Positions 15,958 through 30,720 of a stretch of 64,000 bases of DNA are shown piece after piece (within the stretch, counting starts at the first letter, position 1; each line of letters starts with the position of its first letter). The notes below the pieces were generated by a model. The model was not told the origin of the DNA. It searched no databases and saw only the letters and a list, made by a program, of their open reading frames with translations. The stretch is from the human T2T-CHM13v2.0 reference genome, Homo sapiens, in assembly GCF_009914755.1 (NCBI RefSeq), contig NC_060931.1; one strand, given 5' to 3'. The translations under genes were made by a program, and so were the position numbers.

Positions 15958-16370
15958 TTCATATGGAACCAAAAAAGTGCCCAAATAGCCAAGCCATCAT
16001 AAGCAAAAAGAACAAAATCAGAGGCATCACATTACCCAAACTATACTTCAAACTATATTATATATCACATTACTTCAAACTATATTATAAGTCTACAGTA
16101 ACCAAAACAGTATGGTACTGGTACAAAAATAAACACATAGACCACAGGGACAGAATAGAGAACCTAGAAATAAAGCCACACACCTAAAATCGTCTGATCT
16201 TTGACAAAGTTGACAAAAATAAGTAATGTGGAAAAGACTCCCTAGTCAATAGATGGTCTTGGCATAACTGGCTAGCCATATGCAGAAGAATGAAACTGGA
16301 CCCCTAGCTATAACCACATGTAAAAATTAACTCAAGATAGGTTAAACACTTAAATGAATGTCCCCATTTA

Positions 16371-16709
<339 letters not shown>

Positions 16710-17817
16710 TCAGTATCAGGCTTGGTGAAGAATTTATGGCTAAGCCCTCAAAATAATTACTACCAAAATAAAAATTGGTAAGTGGGATCTAAATTAAACT
16801 AACAAGCTTCTGTACAGCAAGAGAAACTAGCAAGGGAGTAAGCAGAAATCCTACAGAATGGGAGAAAATATTCACAAACTATGCATTTGAGAAAGGTCTA
16901 ATATTAAGAATCTATACAAAACTTAAATCAACAAGCAAAAAAGAAATAATCCTATTAAAAAGTGGGCAAAGGACATGAAGTGTCTACTTCTTAAAAGACA
17001 TACAAGTGGGCAACAAACATAAAAGAAATGCTCATCATCACTAATTGTCAGAGAAATGCAAATCAAAACCACAATGAGATACCATTTCACACCACTCAGA
17101 ATAGTCTTTGTTAAAAATTCAAAAAATAACAGATGCTGGTGAGGCTGCAGAGAATGGGAAGCACCTGCACACTGTTGGTGGGAATGTAAATTAGTCCAGC
17201 CACTGTGGAGAGCAGCTTGAATATTTCTCAAAGAACTAAGGGTAGAACTACCATTTGACCCAGCAATTCCATTACTGGGTATATATCCAAAAGAAGATAA
17301 ATCATTCTGCCAAATGGACATACACACCCTTAAGTTCAACACAGCACTATTCACAGTAGCAAAACATAGAATCAAGCCACGTGCCCCACCATGGTGGACT
17401 GGATAAAGAAAATGTTTATATATATGTATATATACAATAGAATACCATGGAGCCATAAAAAAGAATGAAATCATGTCCTTTGCAGCAACGTGGATGCAGC
17501 TGGAGGTCATTATCCCAAGCAAACTAACACAGAAACAGAAAACCAAATATCACGTGTTTTCACTGATATGTGGGAGTTAAACATTGGGTACACATGGATA
17601 TACAGATGGGTACAATAAACACTGGGGACTACTAGAACAGGGAGAGAGGGAGGATGGAAAGGGGCCGAAAAACTACCTATTGGGTATGATGCTCACGACT
17701 TGAATGACAGTTCAGTCATATCCCAAACCTCAGCATCATGCAATATACCTTTGTCACAAACCTGCACATTTACCCCCAAATCTAAAATAAAAGCTAAAAT
17801 GAAAAAGGAGATTTTTC

Positions 17818-18152
17818 AGCTTCTTATTTGCCCTCTTGGAATGCTGTTCTGAGACTGCCATGAAGAAGCCCAATATAATCAATTAAAGAATAATAGGCCA
17901 CATGGAGCAGAGGTGTGTCATTCCAACTTAGGCCCCCTAGTTAAGCAGCCAATAGCCAATATCAACTGCTAGACATGTCAGTACTGCCATCTTACACCGT
18001 CTAGCCCCTTTAGAGCTACAGAAGTTAGCCACATGAGTGAACCCAAGGGAGAGCAACTGCAGAAGCACCCAGCTGAGTCAAGACCAAATTATTTACCCAT
18101 GGAGGAAAAAAAAGTTTCGAGTGGGTTCTTATGCAGCAATAGATAACTGATG
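17818..18152 (+). mobile_element. MLT1F/G-like LTR, 3' fragment
   Basis: gccctcttggaatgc ... cacccagctgagtc ... ttatgcagcaatagataactga. Confidence 0.65.
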
Positions 18153-19435
18153 AAGTACCATATTTCCTAATTTTCCAACGCAATTTAGATTTTAAATATT
18201 CTGTCCTATCATATGATGTGTCAAATGGATACTATTTTTTACATTGGAAATATGGTCTTACAAGATAGTAAGTACTAAAATGTGTTCCATAATGATGGTT
18301 GACCTAAATGGACACTTCTTACCTTCTAGAAGGTGAATTGTTATTATTATCTAGTATTAAAATAAAGTCATTTTAACCCTGAACACAGCTAGCTTTTCTT
18401 TCACTCATGCAAACTAAAAGTGGGGGCAGATAATCAAATTTAACTGCCTATGTATCCATAGAAGTATTACAGCTATTACTCATGACATCTAAGTCCAGTA
18501 AATTCCTTGTACATTCTTCTCCAGGTGTCACTGCCTCATGGCCACTCTTTCTGCCACATGCATCCATAGAAAAGCACAAACACATAAGAGATAAAATGAA
18601 GAGTGAGAAAACTGTAGATTAAGGGGCAAAGATGAATAACTGTTATAATGACACACTGAACAATCACATTTCTATAATACATTTTTGTTCGAATTGCCTC
18701 CCAGCTAGACCTCTCCTTGGGGAGATGCTGTGTAATTTCTCTGGTTATGTGATAGAACCAAGATGAAAGATAACTCACAAGCTCCTGTGGCTTAAAATAT
18801 AATGGTTGAAAATTGGCGGGTTATTTTTAAAGGATTTTTGTCAAGGAAAGAGAGAACTATGCTCTTCCACCCCCAGCCACTGTCCTTCCACAAAATAAAA
18901 GTCAAATTGTTTCTTCTGTTTTTAAAGACGTTGCTAAAAAGTTATAGTGCAAATGTTTAATGAGTATTAATATACTACCCTAAATAACATCTCTCTTTTT
19001 CCTTACAATAAAAACCAAAAGATCTAAAATTTCTTCAAAAAGCAGTATAGTCAGATTCTGGGGAAAGAAATCAATTTTATAAATCATCTATAATTGAATA
19101 TCTGTAATTGCAAAAGCTGTCACTGTACAATCATATACCTCATGGAACAGTCAGTTGGATTATATGATTACTTATTTTAACTCCCACTATTCTTGGAAGA
19201 TATAAAAAGCAAGAATTCATATATCCAGAACCTTGTCTCTAAGGATAGCTGACTACTTCCACCAAAGTTAGAATTTATTTAAATACTGATTATAAATTAA
19301 GGTCAAATCATTTTAAATCTTCTAGACAATTCTAGTGCTGGTAGCACTTCTGTTCAAATATGCTGAATCATCTGAGGTTTTTTTTTTTCAGTATATACTC
19401 TACAAATGGGAAAACTTTTCAATGAAAAGCTAAAA

Positions 19436-19611
19436 TTGTAGAATCTTAGCTCTAAAAGGGACCACAAACTTTTTAAGGTTATATATGAGGAAACTAAAGA
19501 TCACAGAGTTGAAATAATATACCTGGAGTAGCAGGGTTTGTTAGTGGTGATGCTAGTTTGAGAACCAGGTTTCCTGGACCCTCTGACCAGCACTCTCTCC
19601 TCCATACCATG
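19436..19611 (-). mobile_element. MIR SINE fragment
   Basis: atgaggaaactaaagatcacagag core, then agaaccaggtttcctg. Confidence 0.6.
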
Positions 19612-21503
19612 TGGACTCACCCTGGAAATTGTGTTCTCTGTGGATGGGAAGCCCTGGTATAACCCACTCCTGAATCCAGGAGCGGCCACACCTGAGCATG
19701 GAACTTCTATAACCCTTCAGACGCAGCCCTATCCCCAACTTATTAATTCAGATTCTCTACAGGAAAGCAAAGTGTTAGCAATATCTAAATGATCCCCAGG
19801 AGATTCTGGTATGCGCCTAGGGTGGAGAACACCTGTAATAGTTTCTCATCCTCACCCCCTTAATTGACTCAGGCTTAACAGGTTAGGAGTCACAGTCTTT
19901 GACTTCCTAGAATTTCTGGCTCTCTTTGGCCCTTTGATACTCTAGATATCAAGAACCTAATTCTGAGAGTTCAGACTTTTGGAGAACAGAAAACAAAAAG
20001 GGGATGGTGGAGAATAATTAAAGTACATGGGTCTTAGTGACAGGCATCATCAGTGACACTTCCTACAGACACATGAGAAATTACAAGAGAAAACTATCAA
20101 GAAAAAACTTGATTTGGCTATATAAAAATGGTTTTACTTATAGGCATTTGTCTCAACTGCTAACCAAGTTTGCAATAACATATATCAGATTGCTTATGGG
20201 TTCATTTCATTATATAAGTAGACCACTCATATAAAGTCATAGTTACCTCCTCACAAGTTCATGAAATTGTAGGCAATATGTCTTAGATGCATGCTTAGAA
20301 ATTATGACATTGGAGATAAACAGGCAGAATATCTCATGTTTAAAAAAAAAGGTCTAAATCAGTCAGAATCCATGTTAGCTATATCACAAGAAAAATTATT
20401 AGCAATTCAAAGAGCCTAAAATGTATCAACTGATCCTCAATCCCAACCCAGTTCTCAAGAAGTAAAGCTAAATCTGGGTTATTTTGAACCTCAGAAATGA
20501 GAAAGATAATATTTACTTGCTGGAATAAGATTACAAGTAAAGATGGTCCCTCACCCCTTGAAAGTCTTGCTCAATTCTTGCAGTTGTGTTGAAAAATATT
20601 ATTTTTTGAAAGTCCGCAGGCCATTTAAGTTTCCAGGTAAAGCATAAACATAGCCTGGTCAGCAGTGGGGTCACATGTCTCAGCCTGCCTCCTTACACAG
20701 GCAGAATTTTCATTGGTTAAATACTAATTTTGATCATATTTAATACCAACTATTAACTATTAGGCTTAAATACTGGAATCTGAACTACCTACTCAAGAAA
20801 AAGCATGTCTCTGAAGCTGCTTGGCTCAATTCCATGTGAACAGTCCAATATTTCAGAAACAACTGTGTCCCTTAAGCCTTCAACAGAACTAGAAGGGGAA
20901 AAGTTAGTTTGCCCAGTTTTTCTTCATGTCCCAGCTTGAGGTATATTTTATAGAACTGATTGTCTTTTTCCTGCCTCTGTCACCAATTCTTCCCCACGCC
21001 AACAAATCTCACATACGGAAAACACAAGTTAATTAAGCATTGTATTACAGAGTATTAATAGAAATGTTTCAGATGCTTTTCCTTAAATCCCTATGACACA
21101 ATTACTATTGCCCTGAAGGAGAAATTAATTTTTATTGTAAACAGAAATACTTAAAAACATAGTTAAATGTTTAAACATCAGTTTAAAGAACAGATTAAAG
21201 GAAGTGATAGTTAAACCAAAACATTATATAGTCCAGCAAAGTAATGTGAAAAGAGAAAATATCCTCTCACCATTCTAAGCACATTAAGAGTTTTTCAAAG
21301 AATTTCACTCACTTGCATTTCAAGAACCAAATATGAATGTTGCCAATATCTCACTTCACTTCCTTGCAGTCTAACCACGGATAGCATCAAGAAAGCATTG
21401 CTTCCAGCTCATCGTTCTCCCTCCCTTAGATACATTAAGACAATTTTGATACATCAACAACCAGAGACAATGTAAAATAATGTCAGAGTTAAAAATCACA
21501 AGG

Positions 21504-21761
<258 letters not shown>

Positions 21762-21976
21762 AAAAATCACAAGGCTACAAGTAACTTTCGGCATTTATGT
21801 GGTACATCCTCCACCTCCGACATAATCATTTAACCAGTGGTTCTCAACCTTGACTCCACACTGAAATCACCTGAAAAGCTTTAAAAATTCTGGTGCCCAG
21901 CTCTAAACCTCAGAAATTCTAATTCAATTGGTCTGAGGAGCAGCCTGAGCATCAAGATTTTTAAAACCTCTCTAGA

Positions 21977-22394
21977 TATATTAGTTCATTCTCACAAAGA
22001 AGCTTCTTTCTAATAAATTAATATTATATTTAAAAATCCTAAAAAAAAAAAAAAAGAACTCCCCAAGAGGGTAATTTATAAAGAAAAGAGGTTTAATTGA
22101 CTCACTGTTCTGCATGGCTGGGGAGGCCTCAGGAAACTTGCAGTCATGATGGACAGCAAAAGAGAAGCAAGTACCTGCTTCACAAAGTAGCAGGAGAGAG
22201 CGCCCGAAGGTGGAAGTGCCACACTTTAAACCATCAGATCTCGTGATAATTCACTCCCTATCAAGAGACCAGCATGGGTAAAACCACCCCCATGATTCAA
22301 TCACCTCCCACCAGTTTCCTCCCCTGACAGGTAGAGATTATGGAGATTACAATTGGAGATGAGAGTTGGGTGGGGACACAGCCAAACCTTATCA
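21977..22394 (-). mobile_element. THE1D/MSTA-type MaLR solo LTR
   Basis: aagaaaagaggtttaattgactcac ... ggggacacagccaaaccttatca; 5-bp TSD ctaga/ccaga. Confidence 0.85.
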
Positions 22395-22420
22395 CCAGAT
22401 GATTTTAATATGCAGCCAAG

Positions 22421-22880
22421 TATCAAAGCCCATCAAATAAAGACCACCAAGAAAACACCTGTAGTTAAGCAATGAGGCCTGCTTACCTTGCTGAAACTCC
22501 AGGAAAACATTGAGGGCTTCTCAGTAAGAGTCAGAGGGTGGTGGGTGGGGGGATTTTAGTAGATTATTTTTAGGAGTGATTAGGGAAGCAGGGAAAGTTT
22601 CTGGATTGAATAACATCAAGAAATTGGGGAAATTCTGTGATTGGGTTCCTCAATCGTCTTCATCCAAGAGCAGTGCTATCATTGATAAATAAGCAGAGAT
22701 CATCAAAGAGGCAAAGTTGCTGGCAATGAGGGGTGTTAGTCATTTTTGTGGTTAAGATGTAACCTAACCATTGTCCTATTCTAAATATGGTGTATTTACG
22801 TTCTTTGGTGAAGATTTTGGTCTGGTTTTCGGCAAGGCCAATTTTTTCTCAGTCCAATTGGGCCAATTTTTATGCTATCA
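22421..22880. mobile_element. Old ERV-type solo LTR (LTR78/79-like, uncertain)
   Basis: ~460-bp block interrupting MER5A between gcagccaag and gttgagaacc; ends ...atca; 4-bp caag/gaag duplication. Confidence 0.5.
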
Positions 22881-23863
22881 GAAGGTTGAGAACCACTGAT
22901 TTAAACAAACTACCTAGCTGAATATGAATGCTGCCTGATTGTGACATCTGTCATTCTTTAGATTCCAGAGTTAAAGTTAGCAAATCTGGCTTATTAAACA
23001 TGTTTTTTTTATTTCTCCCCAATTTATCCAAGTGAAACTTTCCCAAAGCTAAATCTTCCCAGAGAAAATTCTGTTCCCTTCCCTTGATACAATACATAGT
23101 TACACCCACAAGTTTAATTTGCAAGAGAATACATGCTACATTCTTAAGAAAAATCTAATTTAAAATTGCCCCTTTTGGTAAATCATCTTTAAAACACTAG
23201 TTATGCTGTATTTAAAACTCATTTTCTACTTATTCTGTTCTTGATGGAAGCTATTGTTAATTTTTCACAAGTATTGGCTCAGGGCTTTCTTGATACGGTA
23301 CTACCCGTGAAAGATGGGGCTCCTTACAGAAATGTTTTTGACAATGTTTTGATGATTCACCTAATGTTCTGCTCTATAACAAATCAGAAGGTTGCAATCA
23401 TTTATGTTTTACGCCAAGAATCACTGTGTGTATTTAATAGAAATTGGGATATTTAACTATTCTTTGGCGATCTGAAATATCTGTTTACTGTCTTAGGAAG
23501 CCTGCATAATAGTAGGTCATGTCTGCCTGAAAATAAGATACTTTCAGTGTTTTACATGTGTCAATACAGGGTATCATTTTTATTTCTTTATCAGAGATAG
23601 ACAATACAGTACCTTCTGATGGTATAGCCAGACTACCCGGTATTCACTGAGAACCCTACTCAGGGCTGCCTATTCTTATTTTTACTACCTACACCTCGAT
23701 GGGATACAAGTTTCTCTCACCTAGGCAGAGTTATATCCACTGCTGAGATTTAAAGGAGTCTGGAAATGGCACTATTATTTCTCTACTTGAGTTCTGAACC
23801 AGTTAAGAAAACCAAATATTAACATTAGCAAAAAGATATTTAAAGCCCTAAACCAAAAGAGGC

Positions 23864-24973
<1,110 letters not shown>

Positions 24974-25256
24974 TCATTAAACAGATTTTGCTCCATGAGA
25001 GGGAGTTTGAGAACAGATACAGAGACAGGCCAGGAGCGATATGCTAATGGTGACCCTCACCTGAAAGGAAACACCATGAGAGAAAGGTAAGTGGTCTCCT
25101 CTGTCCACCTGAGTCACAGATGGTCAGTTAAAGGCAGGGCAGTGAGGCTTATTCTCATTTCCAGATGTCCAGATTATCACAGTAATTCAAAGCTCTCATG
25201 TATACAGTAATCCCTTTTCTACATACTTATAAATATTATTCCATTTGAAAATTTAG

Positions 25257-25665
<409 letters not shown>

Positions 25666-28600
25666 AACATTAATATTTTTTAGATGCTCTGTACTCTTTT
25701 GTGTCTTAATGCAAAAATCACAATGGTTATTTTAAGAAGTCTGTGGCAAAGTGATGTTGTATATACTGCAAGTGGCAATTCAGCAGTCAGATTTTTTATC
25801 CTCATTCCCCTTTCAGCTACGCAGGAAAGGGAGTGCTTTGGAACTCAGATCAGGGAATCACAGTAGCACTCAGAGCGCAGGAATCAAGTGCAGCCATGGA
25901 GACACCCACTTCCTCAGTGAGGTGTTGAAGGTGGCTCTAAGAGCAACCACAGGTGCAAATCAGCTTTTAAAGAAGGAGCATGGGATAGGTCAAGGGCATG
26001 TCAGTCTTTCTCAGCCAGCCAAAGACACTTTAAGTAATAGGCTAGTCCTTCCTCTATAAAAGCATGATAACAAGATGTTAAGAAATTTTATTTTTAAAAT
26101 ATTGGCCAACTGTTTAAGTAAAATTCCATGTCACGGAGATTTGCTAACAAGATAATATATGACAAGGTGTTAATTTCCGTATGTGCAGTTAAGACAAGTC
26201 AGTCGTTCGAAATCTATTTCAGACTGATGGTCTAAAGATTGCCATAGGACCATTTCCTAAAAACACCTCCAACTCTTTAGAATATCTGCCTGAAATAGTT
26301 GAAACACAGCCAAATTAGAGAAAACACAAATCTATATTGGATCTGCCTGAACCCACACCTTTAATGATATTTAACAAAGTGTGGTCCTATGAGCACCTTA
26401 CACAAATACTTCAAGCACTTACTAAAAACCCAGATGGCTGGACCTTACCTACTGAATGAGAATATCTAGGAAGTATGGCCCAGGAAGGAGTCTGCATGGT
26501 CCGCTAGTTCCCCCAGGTGATTCTAATACACACTCTAATTTGAGGAAGCCTGTTAGAAATTCAGGCTGCAAAAGGTCAGACATGAAGTCCAGAATTCAGG
26601 CTCAATGAAAAAACTCTACAGAATTCATTTGACATTTATTTGGGAACAGTATTTTTCACAAGAGAAAACTAAAACTCTTACTTATTCATTCAATAAATAT
26701 TTTATTGTGTTCCTGCCTCATCTAGACCCTGTGCTAAATGCAGTAGATTCAAAAATGAAATGCATAGATTGTAAGAATGGTCTAGAATCATCACACATTA
26801 TGACTCCTTTCATACTGAATTCAGACCTCGGGGTATGTATATTACTAGCATTTAAAATGAGAATTCTGGGGAGAAAATTAAACTCATGCTCAAGTAGAAC
26901 TATCCTAAGGAAAGAAAAACATTAAAAAGTTTACAGAGAATACAATTAAATGTATCCATTCTTCTGTGGAAAAAAAGTGGGGTGTGGAGGGATGAACAGA
27001 CATGCATGTCACTATTTTTAAATAAAAAGTTATCTTGAAACGAGATCAGAGCTTAGAGGATGACTCCTACCCCAACCTGAATCACTTCTTTATAGTAGAA
27101 TCAGAGAGTTGATGAACTTTTGATCTGTCCTTTCTTTCTTTGGAAACATACATAGATCTAAAACCTGGTTATCAAAAAAGGTCATGAAGAGAGGATAAAA
27201 GGATAATATATAAAGCATTGTTGATTTTCCATAAAGTATCCATGAAACCTGCAGAAAGAATCTCCAAACACTAAACCCACTTCACACACACTACCACAAT
27301 TCACTAGAATATTCCTCCTTGCTTGCTAGAATAAGCTAAGCTTGCTCAAGATTGAACACCTGAAATGGTTTCTACAAAGTGTACACAAATATGGTTATGG
27401 TATGAGAAGCACATACACGTAACTCCATTTGACCCTCATAACTTTTGTTTATAAAAAGATTTCACCAAATATTTGTTTATAATTTTGTCCTATGATCAGA
27501 CAAAACCTCTTCTGATGGTTTTGTCCACATCTTATCAAAATCAAAACAAAGAAAAGCATGCATTGAAAAAAACTGGAAAACATATTTTAATATTAAAATT
27601 AAATAGAACTATGGTTTATTTTTCTACATTTCCTAAATATTTAATAGTGAGAATGTATTACTTTATAATAAAAAGCATTTTAAATTAACTTCTTGATAGG
27701 GAGTTTTATTTTATGACAAAATATAATTTTTAAAGTAAAAATAAATTTCAAAGTAATAGTCTTCAATGGTCATTGTTTCTTTTCATCTTATTTCCTCTCC
27801 TCTTTAATATGTTTTACCCTTCAGGACAGATCATCGATCATCTCTATGTTCTTTCAAACATATGTAAGTTTCAACATTTTTGTTATAACAAGAAGTTCTG
27901 GCTTTTCTTTTTCTCTTCTCTTTTGTTGCAGCCTCATAAATTCTAACCACAGCTGTCCACTCTACCTCCCATTATTCTCAATAGTCTTGACTAACTGACT
28001 TTGAAAGCATATTGCTTCAGCACATTAACTTTTGCTGGGCACCTTTTTTCCACACCTGACTCTCCTACCTTGCAATTTTATATCTACTCTAATAGTTTTC
28101 TAGGTAATAAATTATACATGACATCTGTCTTGTCCTAGTTTTTAAAATCCCTGTAGCCTCTTAGAAGTCTTTTTAATGTCCTTATTGTCAAGTCCAAACC
28201 AACTCTGATATTTCCTTCATGTAATACTCTTCTACTTATCTTTTTTCTATCTTTGCCCTTACACTTTTTACTCCACCATCTTTCTCAGCATTTTCTTCAG
28301 TAGTTTTTTTTTTTCTCCCTCTAATGCTATCCATAGCTTATGCTTCTTGCTTTCTTCTTTTTCTACCTCTTGGTCTGCCTCTTTCATTTGCTGTAAATTT
28401 GGTGTAAAATCACCCAACCCATGGTAGATCCCTTTCTCCTTCTTCAAGTCCAGATACCATGTGTTCTTTAATCTGACATAAACTAGCCACAGGCAAGGCT
28501 CATTTGATTCTTACCATTGAGCCTTAAAATTAGCTAGTGTGGTGAATAAGACATTCATAATAACCCTTGGCTCATAAATGAGAATAGAGGGAGAAAGGTT

Positions 28601-29079
28601 AAGTGATCTTTCCATAGACATTGAATAATATAGTGATTGAGTGGTGAACAAAGGTTAACTACATGATTTTGTTTTCCTTTGTTTTCACATAGATTTATAT
28701 TCTGACAAGAGCAGACAGATGTGTCCAGCCAAGGGAAGGCCAACTAGTATAGTACTATTGCTCTAATGTCTAATATTTTAATAGATTAGCTATGGTAAAA
28801 TGGCCTATGTGAATGAAAATATAAGTTGCTTGCAGAGAGAGTTCAGGAATTCTCCTTTAGAGAATGCATCACTTTGAAAACACAAGGCACTCCAGAAATG
28901 CATGATAAATAAAAGAATTTTTAAAAATGGTTAATCAATCTAAATGGTATTTTTACAGTCTATAAGAATTTTAAATTCTTCTGCTAGAATAAAACCCCCT
29001 AAAGATTTCAATCTTATAGACACTTAGAAATCCCCTGGATCATAGGAAATAGTTTTAACGATAGCGTAAAGTTTAAAAT

Positions 29080-29119
29080 GCACACACACACACACACACA
29101 CACACCCCCACACACACAT
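29080..29119. repeat. (CA)n microsatellite
   Basis: Seen directly. Confidence 0.9.
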
Positions 29120-29698
29120 ATTCTCAGCAAACAAATAACATGACAGGTAGTTTGATCACATTTCACAGAATAAAAGTATAAACATACTAAGTAAATTCCA
29201 CACTAAATCTCCATTACCACATGTGCATACATTATAAGTAAATATATCAAGGAATCTGAACACTTGAGAAATGCCATATGTAAAAATTATCTGACACTGG
29301 CTTTTTAAATTCTTCGGCAAATTTTGAGTATGCACTTGACGCCAGAATATGTAAGCAAACAATGTAAGCATGTATGCACCCAAATTAGAAGCATAAATAG
29401 TCATCTAGGCAGTAGATGAAAATGTCATTCCCTAGGATGAGTACAGTTTCATGGGTAATTGATCATATATGCCAAATCTGGGAATGTATTCCCAGACAGT
29501 GACTTGAAAGACCTTGAAACTATAAAGGCAAGGAACATAATATTGCTAGAACCAGAGTGATCATTCTGACTTGAAATGACTTGAATGTGATATTACACAC
29601 CAAACATGTAAAAAAAATTTCAGTACTATAGAAGTTAAAAAGTTGTGAGGAAAACAAAAGGTGGTAGGATTCTTCAGAATTACAGCAAACCATCCATA

Positions 29699-30152
29699 CC
29701 TGTGCTGTCCAATACCATAGTCACCAGCCACACATAGGTATTGAAATATGGTTAGTCCAATTGAAAAACTGAATGTTTAATCTTAATTGTAATTATATTT
29801 AAGTTACATTTCATTAAATTAATTTTAATTAATTTAATTTTAATTTTAAAACCAGTCCTCAATACCATTATTAGAAAATGTTTAAAAATATTTGGAGCTG
29901 GGCACAGTAGTCCATGCCTGTAGTCTCAGCTACGCAGGAGTCAGGTGGGGGGCTAACTTGAGCCCAGGAGTTTAAGACCAACCTGAGCAACATAGCAAGA
30001 CTCCATTTTAAATAAATTATTTAAATTAAAATATATATATATATGGACAACTTAAGTATGTTAATCTACTTTTTCAACTGTAAATTTTATGAAATCTAAA
30101 TGCATACTAAGTCTTTCCAGTAAAAATTTAGTGTCCAAATTAAGATATGCTT
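29699..30152. mobile_element. MER33/Charlie-type hAT element interrupted by a free Alu monomer (FLAM-like, ~29897-30030)
   Basis: cctgtgctgtccaata...agccac terminus and ttagtgtccaaattaagatatgct internal motif; monomer gctgggcacagtag...agcaagactcc. Confidence 0.65.
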
Positions 30153-30720
30153 ATCCACTCAGTTGTTAGCTACTTGCAAAAAGTCAAAGACAAATAAGTA
30201 AATAATGATTTTCTCAAGCGCAGCACATCCTGTTAAGTACTTACTAAAGATTCAGAAATAATTAAAGCCATGACAATTAAATATAAAACTGCATAAAATT
30301 TCCCCCTAAAAATAACAAAATGGTACAAATCAACAGGAAAATGTCCTGAAAGAAACTAGCTATCAATTTTCTGGTCTTGAACTGAATATCAGAATGAATA
30401 TCAAGAGATCATGGAATCATCAGGGGTTTTTACTATTCTTAACATTGAGTCCCATAACTATACTGGACATGAGTTCAAAATGCAGCAAGCCAAGTCATAA
30501 TTAGATAGCAGCCAACCTCGTGATTACTCATAATCTTAAAACACATTACCAGGACTCAAGAAGAGGATGTTGGATTGGAATAGATGAAAAACTACCCACT
30601 TGGTGTTATAGATCAAAGGGAATGTATTCAGGCTAAAACAAACCAAACCAAAGGTAAAAAAACTGATTAAATTTTTGTCTTGGTTTTTAAATAAGAAAAA
30701 TTTTAGAAAGATTCACTTCC

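Larger units (their letters stand above)
21835..22898. mobile_element. MER5A hAT MITE split into three pieces by two LTR insertions
   Basis: TIRs cagtggttctcaac (21835) and gttgagaaccactg (~22885-22898); pieces 21835-21976, 22395-22420 and ~22882-22898. Confidence 0.8.
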
